A stretch of DNA of 64,000 bases, from positions 11,408,001 to 11,472,000 of the forward strand of contig OZ176054.1 of the NCBI GenBank assembly GCA_964247055.1, given 5' to 3'. Source of the stretch: Paragordius varius. Lineage: Eukaryota; Animalia; Nematomorpha. Positions 39,577 through 53,431 of the stretch are shown piece by piece. How positions within the stretch are numbered: position 1 is the first letter of the stretch; the number at the start of each line of letters is the position of its first letter. The translations under genes and the position numbers were made by a program. Under the pieces are notes generated by a model that worked only from the letters and a program-made list of their open reading frames with translations, ran no database searches and was not told the DNA's origin.

Positions 39577-40667
39577 ATGAAAATAATATATGGCTACTCA
39601 ATAGATAACCTTATCAAACAAACGTATGGTCAAATCAGCATCGATATTATGCGGATTTTTTTTACTTTAACAATGTTGATGTATTTTTGTTACTCTATTT
39701 GGAGAAAAAAAGTCCAAATGAATATGGCCCGATGTGGTTTATGTACTCTAATACTATGTTACCGAATGACATTAGATTCCATCAATGTCCTATTAAATGT
39801 GGTTTTAATTGTTCCCAAAGAAAGAAATTTTTCTGTCATTTGCAAACTTTTAGCAACTAAAAATGATTTGTCTATATTCAGTTTTATTCTTTCACATTAT
39901 TTTATCACAAGCGTCCTAAATCAAAGTGAACGTGGCCTGTTTAAAATAAATAGTAGGAAAAGGACTTTAAAGTGTTTTTCCTACGTGGTAAATGTTTTTT
40001 ACATGATAACATCCATCATATATTTAATATGGGTAATTTTCAATGCTTGTGGTACTTCAAACAAATTTGTGGTTGTGAATCAGAATGAAACTCTTAATAT
40101 ATCTTCACCCAAATATCCTTACTGCATTACCAATAGTAGTTTTCGAAACGATTCCGTTTCAAAACAGGAGACAATTGATTGGTATTTGTTTTCAATTGTC
40201 TGCCTAATTACATTTATGATCTTGCTTCAATCTCTCTACACCTTTGATCGGAGATATAGGCAATTGAGCAATCTGCGTAAGAATGCGCTATTTCGACAAC
40301 TTATGGAACAAAAAATATTTTATAACTTTAACACAGTCCTAATATCGGCTATGATATCCATTGATTTACCCCCAAAACCAAATGTAACTAGAACGGCCGT
40401 CCGACTTAAAAAATATTTCATAGCTAAACGGATAAATCGCAAAATATTAGTGGTTTTAAGTTTATACACAGGGACGTTTTATTTAACTTTATTATAACAG
40501 TTATCAGGAAACGTTTGTCTATCTCTCTTTACATTTTGGATGCAAAAATGTTTGAAATTTTTATGATGACATATATGGAGCTCAGGATACAAGCCTATAA
40601 TAACATTATGAAAATTATTTATTCTAACCAAAGAAATGCTGGTTCAATAGGTGTGGAATGCGTTTAA
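39577..40667 (+). CDS. Intronless divergent class A-like 7TM receptor, copy 2 (best preserved: 306 open codons, then a 1-bp deletion in a T run near 40478; ancestral frame ends at TAA 40665-40667)
   Basis: It has about seven hydrophobic segments, a Cys at the start of TM3 (FSVICKLL), ER at the end of TM3 (LNQSERG) and an N-glycosylated ECL2 with a Cys (NETLNIS..YPYCITNSS). A long basic ICL3 precedes TM6 KILVVLSLYTGTF and the restored TM7 MMTYMELRIQAYNNIMKIIYS. Confidence 0.7.
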
Positions 40668-41699
40668 ATAATAAATAAAACATACATTATACTGTGTAAG
40701 TTTAAATACATTCATCTTATTTTGATACTTTTATTCTAGCTAATTAGAAAAAAAGGGGTTACGATGAATATAAAAAATAGATTTAAAGAAATCAATTTAT
40801 TTTTTAGAATTCTTTTGTTGTAAAATCAAAATAATATAAAAACATAAATTTCAATATTAATATTTTAATGAAATATATATGAACCAAAATATTAATTCTG
40901 TGTAAAAAATTCACTGATTCCTAATAAATTGGGGCTGTCTAACACTAAAGGCCTCGCGGGTTGCATTATAAAATATAACAAATGCATCAATAAATATTTT
41001 AGCATATATCAAAAATAGGATGAAAATGAAATTACCTGATATAACTACTAATTATATAATTTTTGTTATTGATGGAATATTTAAAAAAACATATTTAGAT
41101 TCGTTTATTAAATTAAGAAGGTAAGCTTATCCTAAAAATTTTTTGACATTCACGGTTTTCGCATATAAAGTTTTGAACGAAGGATTTAAAAGGACTCATA
41201 TCAATATATAAGGTTACAAGATTAACTTACCCATTGCCAAACAATTAATGGTGTTATTAATAAAATTCCGAAATATTATTAGTGGAAAATAATATTTATA
41301 ATCTATATATTTATAAAAATGGAAAATGCTGGCTTTGTGATCTGTTTCCGGAAAACGGGTAAACCCATTCAAATCCAAATATTGAAAAAAATATAATCAA
41401 TAATGAATGCCCCGACAATAGCTTCGCCCTTTTTTTGAATAAAGCCCCCAGTTCGGGCCCACCCCGAGTAAATGGGTTTTTTTGAAAACCGAAATCCACA
41501 AAAATCGTGTCTTTGAGACAATTTTCCGGAGAACGTTTTGGACCATTCAATTTCAAATTTGATTTTTGTTTAGTTATTTTCGATTGCGCCGAACATAGTC
41601 GGCTCGCTTTTTTAATCTAGGCCCTCTTTTTACCCGCTCCCCCCATAAAATGCCATTTTTTTCAAAAAACCAAGTCCACAAAAATAATTTTTTGAATTA

Positions 41700-43260
41700 T
41701 TCGCCTAAGGTATGCGACCGTAAAAATTCAATGAGGATTCCAGGTATTCCCTGTTAAAAGGCAAAAATTTAAATCGTTGGTTTCTTTTACATTGGCTGCT
41801 GGGTAAGAAGATATCCGGTAAAAACTGCCCCGTCGTATTGAAATAGCTTTGTTTAGAAGTTGATTTTCAGATAACCTATCAGGCCATATAAGTTTAATAG
41901 CTGCTTAAAAGTATACCAGTAACAAAGAAATAGGTTCTGTGGTTATTTAAAATTAGCCCATAATTATACCCTTCACGCCCTAAAAAATGCGCCACCATAG
42001 AAGATTTTTAAGGTAATTTTTCCGAAAACTAATGAGAGCGTATAGAATCATTCAGGATTCCAGGTATTCTCCGTAACAAGGGAAAAATTTTAATTAAGCG
42101 CTTTTTTGTATCAGCCTCTGATAGGGAAACTGCGCCACCATATCGAAATTGCGTTGTTTAAGAGTTAATTTTCACGAAACTTATCAGGCCACATAAGTTG
42201 AATAAGGGCCTGAAATTTTACCCATAAATAGGCAAAAATTTGTTCGAGAGTTTTTTTAATTAGCCGTTAATTAGACCCTTAACGCCCTAAAGCGCTATCA
42301 TTGAACTATTTGTAGTTTTAAAGCCATTTTCCAAAAACTATCAATAACATACGGATTGGACGATGATTCCAGGTATTCACCTATAAAGGCAAATTTTTTA
42401 TTGAACGTATTATTGGCCTCAGGGTAGGGGGCTATCCGCCTACTTCGCCTCCATATACAGCGTGATTTTGGAGACAAATTTTAGAAAACTTATCAGATAT
42501 TAGTTCAATAAGCGCTTGAAATATTACCCGTATAGAGGTAAAATTTAAATTGGGTGGTTTTATTTAATTACCCCATAACTAGACCTTTGCCCTAAATGAT
42601 GCGCCGCTTAGAATAACTTTTTTGAGGTAATTATTTGAAAATCCCACGAGAGCATATAGAATTAATCATGATTCCAGGTATTACCCGAATTAAGGCAAAA
42701 AATTTAATCGAGCGTTTTTTGTTTCGCCCTTAGGTAGGGGGCTACCCGCCTAAAACTGCGTCACCATATCGATACAGCCTGCCTTTGCAGCCGAATTTCA
42801 GAAAACCAGACAAATAGGAACTTATGGATTTATATCCCATATAAAGTCAAAAATTTTGCCTCATGCTTTTATATACCAACCTCTGGGTAAGGAGCTAGCC
42901 GTCAAAAACTGCGCCACTATATAGAAATTGCGTTGTTCTGGAGCTATATGAAGCCATATGAGCTCATTAAAACCTCGAAATATTATCAGTAACTATGTAA
43001 AAATAGTCAGGCGTTTTTTAGCCGTTAATTTGGGCCTTTATGCCCTAAAAATACGCCATAGTGTAATGATTATTTAGTATTGAGATATTATTCCAATAAA
43101 CGATGGTATCAAATATGATTCCAAATATTTGCCTTATAAAAGCCATATAGGTCTATGGGTAGGGGCCTACTGGTTCAAAACTGAGACGCCATACAAAAAT
43201 GGCCTGGGTTTGTAGAATTTCAAAGCAGCCATACGAATTCAGTTAAACATATTTCGGGGA
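41700..43260 (+). repeat. Degenerate tandem array, ~10 monomers of ~150 bp organised as ~310-bp dimers, upstream of GPCR-like copy 3
   Basis: gattccaggtatt recurs near 41735, 42055, 42364 and 42669 (spacing ~305-320). The aaactgcgccac-like motif recurs every ~130-165 bp. Confidence 0.75.
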
Positions 43261-44969
43261 ATTCGTATAATATCATTCTTTTTTTAAAAAGGGACAGCAA
43301 ATGATTTACTTTTATTATGTCCCTTGATACCAGCTGTGTGAACACAGCTTCGAAATAAAACTTTTAACGGTGATTTCGTAAAACTTTTTAAAATAAATCC
43401 AATGATAGTTAAATAATAACTTTATTAAGGGACATATAAATATGGTCATTTTCAAGTAAACAATATTTGACCCTATACAAAAACCTGTAAAATAATAATT
43501 AAGACATTCTTTTTATTAAATGTGTTTTTAATTATTTTTTATCGATATATTGGGTGATATCTATATATGTATATTTTAATAATAAATATCAAAATCTTTT
43601 ACCTCATATCAATAAGGTTTTAAAATTCATATTTGATGACAAAGTCCGATTTTATAGCTAATATTCTAAATCTTTCTGGGGCCAATGTAAAATCTTTGTT
43701 GATTATATTTGTGTTTGGAATTATCCTTATGCCATATTAAAACAAATAAAATTAAGTTGACACGTTTTCTTCTATATTTAATTTTGTTTAACCTAATATA
43801 CAAAATAAATGCGAATTTTTGATTTTGAATAATTACAAAAAATAGAAATAACTTTTCTAATATTTAAAGCATATATCATTTCGATATTCGTCATCATGAA
43901 GCTTTTAGCTAGCGAATGATATATGATTCCTTAACCTTTATTTTTAATCCCCAATTTTGCCGCACAGGTTATTCTCGAATTTAGCTAACACCTTATATTT
44001 TCGATAATTTTTTTAGTAATCTTTATTATTTTTTTAACAATAATTAAACATTACATTTTGTAGGATTCATAAAAAAAGGTTTTCTTGGTTTTTACCTATA
44101 CCATGCTTCTTATAGGGAAATTAATGTTTTTCCGGCTGTTTTTTTGGAATAAAACGGTTTCACGACTTCAATTCAGCTATCTTCAATACATATTCACTTT
44201 TTTGTCCTAGTTTACATTTTGGTAGTTTTATAACGCAGAGCTAAATCTTGTAATAAAATTACAGTTTTGGAAATTGTTTTATTAAAATTATATTATCAAC
44301 ATTGTTCTCATGTATTAAATAAAATGCTTATATTTTTTACAGTTTTGTAACTTCTAAAATCTTAAAGCGCAGCTCCATCGACGATTGCGAACAGCTGATA
44401 TTGAAACAGAAATATATCAATTACTCTTAAAGTGTAGCCAAAAAGTCTTTTAAATTTAATATACTTATTCTAAAACCATATACATTTATTTGCCGGTAAC
44501 ATTATCGATTTAAAAAAATATAAAAAAATGACGGGAAAAAGGTGAAAAGGTTTTTTATACAATTTTACCATTTTTAAAAAAGATCATCTTTCAAATTCGG
44601 ATTTACACCTTAAGTATTTTAAAGATATTTAAATTTCAAATCTCTCTGGGATATAAAGCTGCCCCAAAAGGTAATAATTTGTTTATAATATTTTCTACTA
44701 TTTAATCGAAACTTTGTCATATTTCTGGAAATAAAATATATGGATTATATCTTTTATTAAATATAGGATAGTAAGCCTCTCAATAAACCTATTATTTTTT
44801 CATTTTTAACTTAATAAATACAGAAAAAAATATATTTAATCAAAGATTGTACAGGTTTACAATTTAATAAAGAAAAGTGATAACCCCTTTAAAAAACCGC
44901 TTCATAAATAATTATTGGAAAACTTATATATTTATCAGTCTGGAAATAGGATTATCTTATATTTACGAA

Positions 44970-45994
44970 ATGAAAATAATATATGACTATTCAATAGATA
45001 AACTTATACAACAAACCTATGGTCAAGTCAGCATTGATTTTATGCGGATTTTTTTTACTCTAATTATGTTGATTCATTTTTATTACTCTGTTTGGGCTAG
45101 GAAGGTAAAAAAAAGTCCAAATAAATATGCCTCGATGTGGTTTATGTACTCTAATACTGAGTTACCGAATTACATTAGATTCCATATATGTCCTATTAAA
45201 TGTGGTTTTAATTGTTCCCAAAGAAAGAAATTTTTTTGTCATTTGCAAGCTTTTAGCTATTTAAAAATGACATGTCTATATTCAGTTTTATTCTTTCACA
45301 TTATTTTATCACAAGCGTCCTAAATCAAAGTGAACGTGGCCTGTTTAAAATAAATTATTTAATATGGATAATTTGCCTTGCCCGTGGTATTTCAAACAAA
45401 TTTGTGGTTGTGAATCAGAATAGAACTCTAAATATATCTTCACCCAACTATCCTTACTGCATTACCAATAGTCTTCGAAACGATTCCGTTTCAAAACTGG
45501 AGTCAATTGATTAGTATTTGTATTTAATTGTCTGCCTAATTACATTTATGATCTTGCTTCAATCTCTCTCCACCTTTGATCGGAGATATAGACAATTAAG
45601 CTATCTGCGTAAGAATGCGCTATTTAAACAACTTATGGAACAAAATATATTTTACAACTTTAACACATTCTTAATATCAGCGGTGAATCCATTGATTTAC
45701 CCCCAAAACCAAATGTAACTAAAACGGTTGTCCGACTTGAAAAATATCTCATAGCTAAACGGATAAATCGCAAAATATTAGTGGTTTTAAGTTTATACAC
45801 AGGGACGTTTTTATTTAACTTTATTATAACAGTTATCAGGAAACGTTTGTCTATCTCTCTTTACATTTTGGATGCAAATTGAAATTTTTACGATGACATA
45901 TATGGAGCTAAGGCTACAAGCCTATATCAACATCATGAAAATTATTTATTCTAACCAAAGAAATGGTAGTGCGATAGGTGTGGGATGCGTTTAA
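44970..45994 (+). pseudogene. Intronless 7TM receptor, copy 3 (several frameshifts and stops, 69-bp deletion removing most of TM4)
   Basis: Colinear with copy 2. The segment agtaggaaa...atccatcata (39952-40020 in copy 2) is missing at ~45352. Confidence 0.75.
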
Positions 45995-48053
45995 ATAATA
46001 GATAAAATATACATTATAGCGTGTAAGTTCAAATCCATTTTTTTTATTTTGATATTTTTATAGTTATCTAGCTAATTTAAAAAAAGAAAGTTTCTGTGCG
46101 TATAAAAAATTTGAAATAGATTTGAAGAATTAATTTATTTGATGAATTCTCTTAATAAATTTATTATTAATAAATAAAATTAGTTAAATTTTTGTATAAT
46201 TAATAATAGTAAAACGCATAAATAGTTAATATTTTAAAAACAGTCATATATGAAACAAAATATCAGTTATGAGTAAAAAATTTTACTATGTCCTTTTTAT
46301 CTAAATTGGGGGTATCCAACACTAATGGCTTCGCGGGTCGCATTATAAAATATAACAAATGCATCAATAAGTATTTTAACATATATCAAACATAGGACAA
46401 AAATGAAATTATAACCCTATTTATCTACTTTAATTTTTGTTATTTTAGGAACATTTTGAAAAAACATAATAAGATTCACATATTAAATAAGTAAATTTAT
46501 CCTAAAAATTATTTGAATACATTCACGCTTTTCGCATATAAAAAAATAACAATTTTCTGTGTACGGTCATGACAGGACACCCGTCTAAATCTGATTTGTT
46601 TTATATTTTAGAGATATTACAATGTCCACAAAAAAATACCCTGTTGAAATATTATTCTGATAGATAAATATATCATGATTATCATGCTTTTGGTTTGGAT
46701 TTTACAAAGATAAGTGCTCCATATCAGAAAGTGGAAAAATATACGCTTATTTTTTTAAAAAATTTCGGTGTAAAATATTACTATATATCGCAAATCACCT
46801 TTATCTTGTACCGAAAAATTTATTCAGCAATATGCGTGCAAATCTTGGCATTTCTGATGTGGAGTAGTTACCATAAAAGTGTTTTTAACTTTTTTTCACG
46901 TAATTAAAAGCACCATGATAATCTTGATACAATTTTAATGAGAATATATATATATATATATATATTTCCTCAGGTTTTATACTTATGCCCCTTGATTGTG
47001 ATCATGTGTAAAAATAAGACACCCACAAAAAATCTAGATATATAAGATAGAAAAATGATTATTATGGTGCTTGGGTTTTAGCCTTTATGAGTTATTTGAG
47101 AAAACATTTTTGTGATAAGGGGTCTATATTAGGAAGGCAAAATAAATTTTTGTTGAAACCTACACCCCAAAAATCACTAATATATATTATAAACACCTAT
47201 AAAAAGCTAAATTATATTAAAAAAATTAATTTTTATATATAGGCTTGAAACAAATTTTCCCGTATATAATGGTCTAGTTCTTTTAAAATAAAGGCAATAA
47301 TGCCGAAGGAGTGTGATAAAAATTTCAAATAAATGTTAAATTTTAACTCGTTTTTAAGAAAGCTGTTTTTTCAAAAATTTTATTCACACAATTTTTAAGC
47401 ATGTAAACGGTATAAAAATGTTTTAAAATATTATAAAAACACTTTATATATATAATAATGCTGATTATAATCAGCTTATTTTGAATAAAATACCGTTTGT
47501 CTTGAAATTTATTAAATATAGAGTTTTTCCACAAAAAATACTCGAAATTTTAACGGCAAACAAATTTTTTAATTAAAAAGGATAGAAATGTTATGTTTTT
47601 TGCATTGCATTTTCATCCCTAAAATTGGAATAAATATTACATTATATGAATAGAAATCCGTTAGGAACCGGATATTAAAAAACGACTGACTACAGCAAAT
47701 GTTTTTTTAATACGCCATAAATTACCCATCTTATTATAAACTAATTAAAATTTTCAATCGACCATATAAACATACAGCATACAAAAATTGAAGCGCAACT
47801 ATGAAAAGGGTTAATTAAGAGTAAATAAACATTTTTTAAGACAATGATAGGTTAAAAAAGCCGTTGTGCTTAGTACATTTATGCCTTTTTGCAAAAAGGT
47901 GTCAATACAATACTTCTTTCTATTTTTATATCAAAAATATCGTAGTACAACGCACTTAATATAACGCTTGTAAAATTAGACCACTAGCTCTTTTTTTCTA
48001 CAACACTAGGTCGTTAAAGGATCTGTTGATAGACACTTAAATGAATAAATTTA

Positions 48054-49470
48054 TTATAAATCTTTGGTTAAACGGGGTCTGTGTAATGGAAACATGCATG
48101 AAAAAAATTGGATTGTAATGAATGATTGCTTAAATTTGTATCATAGGTATAGTAATAAGTGGACGCATTTAAAGTTTAAATGTTTCGGCTTTTTGATGAA
48201 AAACGGAGGGAATTGAAAATCCTGAAACACTACTTATGATTATAATAATCTGAATAGCTATGATAAATGGTGCCAGTTGTATAATCTCCATTTAGTTTTG
48301 GATAAAAGTTTGAGTGTTTTGAAGTAATACTATCATTTGATATTTTGTAATCAACAAGTGTTTTTTAATTATAATTACCTAATGATAAAATTTTCAATAT
48401 ATATGGCAACAAATAATTTTTAGTTAAACATTTATTGTTAATAATGAATATTATGGCTTGATGATGGTGAAGTAAATTGTATAGCCAATAACACTGCTTT
48501 TATTGTAAATCATATCCACTAATTATTTCAAACAACAATTCGTAAAAATTTTTTGTTATGTATAATAATTTTTTTATTTTAACAGTTCAGCTTACTGGTG
48601 ACCGGACATGGTCCTATATGATTCGTTAAACTTAGGTCTCTGTTTTCCGATTTTGATAAATCGACACGCATTGTGCCTTGTTGTAACAAATGAAAAAAAA
48701 AACAATTTTAAAATCTCGAGCGCAAGTATTTTGGGGAAAAATCTGCAATCTATTCATAATTCGATTAAAAATTAACTCCTTTTAGGGTAGGCATTAATAG
48801 GCTTAACGAGCATTTGCGACGCCCGGTTCATGATTCCGGTATAGCGTTTCCTATCTACTAGCAAAATTTCATAAATTTGAAAAAATAAAAATATCTTAAT
48901 TAGTGCCACTTTATTTTTGGCGCTTGGAAAAATGTGTGAAAGGTATATAAAACAAACTTTTAACAGCAGTCAAATTGATAGGCGGGGATTCTATACAATC
49001 TTGATAATCAAAATATTCATTAGAATTGGTATGAGTGATATGCTTTTAAAAACTATGGTATTTTGTTTCGTAAAATCCAAACTCATCATCAAAGTACGAA
49101 TATTTCAAGTCACTGTATATTACAATTAACATATTAACCTTTTTATAGCCTTAACTTCTACAGGCTCAGTATCGCATTCTGTAGTTCGATTTCTACGCTT
49201 CCCATATCATAATTGTTTAGTTGCCTATTAACAAAACATTTGTCTGTATTATTAATATTAATATAAATAAAAACCGTGGAATCTAAAATACACTGATAAA
49301 CCAAGCAATAAAATGCCTAGCAGATATAGAATAAAATATAAATATATAATTTTATTATCAGGTTTGTCAATTATATCAAAAATGTTCTATTATTTTATAT
49401 ATCATTGATAAGTGTTGTTTTACACTCGCAACAAACGGGAACTGAGTTATTAGATACGGACAGTGGGTTT
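48054..49470 (-). pseudogene. Paralogue of the unknown micro-intron membrane-protein gene, with frameshifts and deletions and cut off from its 5' part by the hAT insertion
   Basis: The exon/intron pattern matches 10415-11891 (THCPYLITQFPFVAS; TM exon; DKCFVNRQLNNYDMGSVEI..). There is a 1-bp deletion (gaactac vs gaaactac) and there are deletions in the terminal exon. Confidence 0.65.
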
Positions 49471-50831
49471 CTGTCAGTGGCGGTAAATTGTGGCCCCCCG
49501 CAAATTTAATATTGTCCCCCCTTCTTCCCCCTCCCCCAAAAAAATCGTTTGCAGTTATTTTTTCACCTGGCGCATCACTTAGATTCGTTAAGAAATATAA
49601 TTACATGTATTGGCATCGTGAGTCTAAAAGTTTTGCTTTACTAGAATTTTTATGTATGATGGTTATTACACACCCGTCCACCGCCAATCCTCAGTCTTAC
49701 CGTTCATTTTTAAAAAAAATAATTAAATAAATTAGTAAGAGCATGTATTAATCAGAAAATCATGTTTTAAATTTCTTTTTCTCGATGTTGCGTTAGCAAA
49801 TTTTTTATATCTTTTTGATCCATTTGATCCGCCATATCCGCTTCAATTGCTAGCAACAATAAATTGCTCAACCTTTTTTCAGCCATCGTGCTTCTAATAT
49901 AATTAATTATTTATAACTTTGAGAATGAACGTTCCGCTGTAGCAACCGTAACTGGGAAACTCAAAAACAATACAATGCTGTTAAAACCTCATCACAACTG
50001 GCTGAAGCTGTGGGTAAATAAATTATTAGATCTGCAAATTGTTTGGCATTGTTTATATGAGCGATCTTATCCTTAATCGAATTAGTAACTGAGACTATTT
50101 GAATCGGAAAATATTCATTCAAATCGTTTGAAAAATTAATTATTAAATTTTTAGCTGAATTGATAATTTCTACTTCACTCATTTTAGCTATTTGATGGAA
50201 GCAGAATTGATAAATATGTATAAATGTACTAATTATATGGAATATGAATGTGCCGACGGCCAAGATTTTTAAATTTTGAGAATGGCCCGCTGAAAAAAAT
50301 TGCCGACCCCTAGTGTGTGGTAAAAGTTTATTAAAAATTTTATGTTTTAGAACTCAAAATAAATTTTAAAATAACATGTGTCAAAGGTTAAAAACATTAT
50401 AAAATAATGAACATTAATGTATAGCAGCTATGTTGGCCAATTCACTTTACAGTAAAATATGAGAAATAACATTCCTTTTGTAAAATTTAAGGAATTTCCT
50501 CACGATGTATGCATTGAAAAACATTGTTAACAAAATTATTGTTATTTATCATCATTTGCTGTAAGAATTGGCCAACATTCATGTGAGTTGGCCTGCATTA
50601 AATTGCATATTGAATAATCAAAATATAAATTGAGATTACTTATTAGAGAATATTGTGAAGAATGTTTTTCTTTTTTCCCTCCTTTTTTTGTTCACTATTA
50701 AAACTGCTAGAAATTATAAAAGGAACAAACAATATCAATATGGCTAAAATTTAATGGATAGGGAAAAAATGCTTTTTTTGCTCTTTCTTCCTCTCAATAA
50801 TATTAAAATTTATATAAACTCATTTCCTCAT

Positions 50832-53400
50832 AATAATAATAATAATAATAATTACATTATATGATATCACTCTTTCGAGCGGTCATATCCGTAAACTATT
50901 TCGCCATAGAACCTGTCTAAGGCGTCTTCGCGTTTTAGGTTCAGTTTTGCCATTTCCCTCTTAACTGTATCTATGCATCGCGTTTTAGGGCGCCCTTTTC
51001 CTCTCTTGCCTTTCACAATATTATCATCCATCTTTTTATCAATGTAATTATTATCTCTTCTTTCTACATGTCCGAACCATCTTAAACGATTTACCATCAT
51101 CTTTTGCGTTACCGGTTTGATTTCCGTACTTCCTCTTATGTGGACATTCCTCACCTTGTCATTCCTCGTTACACCGCACATCAATCTAAGCATTCTCATT
51201 TCAGTAACCTCAAAGTGGCTCTCTTCTGATTTCTTTATTGCCCATGTCTGTGAGTTGTACATTGTTGGCTGTACAACAGCACTGTAAATCTTACCCTTAA
51301 CTTTTAGGTCAATATTTTTATCGCACAAAACATTTGAGATCTTTTTATAATTTGCCCAATTATTTCGCATTCTTAAATTAATATCATGCGTTAAAGAACC
51401 ATCTGCTGATAAAATCGCTCCTAAAATTTGCATTCCTCCTGATCTTTTAATACCCACCCTTCTTCTAATTCCATTTCTCGTTTTTTCCCACCGAAATTTA
51501 AAAGTTTCGTTTTTTTATTAACTTTTAATCCGCATCGTCCTAACACATCAATCCATTTACCCACCAATTCTTTCAATTCATGCAACTCGTCGGACAGCAC
51601 TATTAGGTCATCTGCATAAAAATACCAGCCACCATGTTATCCTACTCGTCCATGCATATTATAAATAGTAACGGGCTGATTGCTGACCCCTTACAGACCC
51701 CTTGGTTTTTATAGGATCTGATACTCCCTGATGTGTTGGTTCGGTGTGAATCGTACATGCTTTTTAAAATCTTTATGTAACTTTCAGGGACATTTTTCCG
51801 TCTTAAGCTCCACCATATTGTACTCGGTGGTATTCTGTCAAGCCCCTACTCAATATCGATTAAAATACCATGCAACTCCTTTTTTCATTTCTATATGCTT
51901 CTCGATTAGCCTTCTTACTATATGAATCGGGTCAATGGTGGAATTTCCTGGAATAAAATGATTACCCTCTATACTAACCATTTTTCTCATTCGTTTCTCA
52001 AGTACTTTCTCAAATAACTTTATGTGTGCGACATCAATTTTATCCCTTTGTAAATATTACAATCATTAATATCTCCTTTACCCTTGAAAATGGGAACAGT
52101 GAACTCTCCTTCCATTCGTTTGGTATCATACCTGTAGTAACTACATTATTAAAACAATCCGTCAAAAATTCAATACCTTTCTCTGACATTATTTTTCCAT
52201 GATGTTAATATCGTCTGGACCTGCAGCCTTATTTATAGACATCTCTTTTAAACCAGCCTAGACTTCTTCTTTTGTTATACTTTCAATATGCGCAGATATA
52301 TAATCTGGTGTTTCGGGTAAATTTGTTTCACTGACGCACAATTCAAGGTCCTGGAAATATTCTTTCCATTTTTTCAATATCTTCGCTTCCTCAACGAGTA
52401 ATTTGCCGTTTTTATCTTTAATCGATGTCGCGTAAGGGGGCAAGTCCAGCTTTCCTCTGTGTCTTTGTCGAGCAAAGTTAAGTTATTGCTTACTGCTTAA
52501 CTCTTCATATAATGATGCCGTCTTTTCTTTTTTGACCAATCTTACAAGCTTTTAAGTTCCTTATTAATCTTTATATTTTTCCTTGTCTTCTGCATGGTGG
52601 GTAAACTTCCACATTTTAAAAGCTTTACTCTTCTCTCGCGATTTCAGAATTATTTTTTCGTCTTTCCACCATGCCTCTCTATATACCTGATTTCTGCCAC
52701 CTTTCATTCCGCACACCTTAACCGCCTTTCTTATTTTTTTGCCACCTAAGACCAAACACTTTCTGGATCGCTGTTATTGTCTAGTATACCTACCGTTTCA
52801 AATCTATCTTTACTGTTTCTTAAGGAATCCCATTTAATTACCTTCGGCGCTATAAGCTTAGGCTTTTTAGCATTTATTGGTACATCTGTCAATTTACACA
52901 TAATTAAATTATGTTGTGTGCTAATCTGCAGGTTAGGTATGACTTTGCAGTCCAAAACAAACTTTAAAGACTTTCGTGGTGCCAGAATATAATCGATTTG
53001 TGACTTCTTATTTCCACTTCGTATTAAATGGCTATCCCTTTTAGTAAAAAAGGTATTTGTTATAGCTAAGTTATAAGATTGGGCAAATCTTAATAAACTA
53101 ACCCCTTCTTCATTTATAACTCCGTAGCCTTTTCCTCCGTGCCAAGGCTCAAAACCTCTTCTATTTTGTCCCACATGCCCATTGAAATCACCACAAAATA
53201 TGATTTCGTATTTCGTTAAAGTCATTTTTGCGTCTAACAAATCATAAAATTTATCTTTCTCCGGTTTAGTTAACCCTATCTGGGGGGCATAAACGCTAAA
53301 GATAGTAAAAACCTCTTATTTAACAATAGGTCGACACTTATAGGTTGGCAAATCTTGGACACACTATTATGGCGACTCCACTGAAACCATCCGTAGAACT
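50832..53400 (-). mobile_element. 5'-truncated RTE-clade LINE, multiply frameshifted, nested in the hAT
   Basis: APE motifs (SVYAPQIG, FCGDFNGHVG, SQIDYIL) and RT/C-terminal motifs (GSAISPLLFII, FYADDL, RLRWFGHVERR), with a (TTA)n tail at ~50832-50851. Confidence 0.88.
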
Positions 53401-53431
53401 TAATAAAACATTTTATAAGTACCCTCTAACG

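Noticed and set aside
41700-43260. CRISPR-like array (short motif gattccaggtatt recurring at regular spacing)
   Set aside because: The spacing is ~310 bp, the intervening sequences are homologous to each other, the repeats are degenerate, there are no cas genes and the context is eukaryotic.
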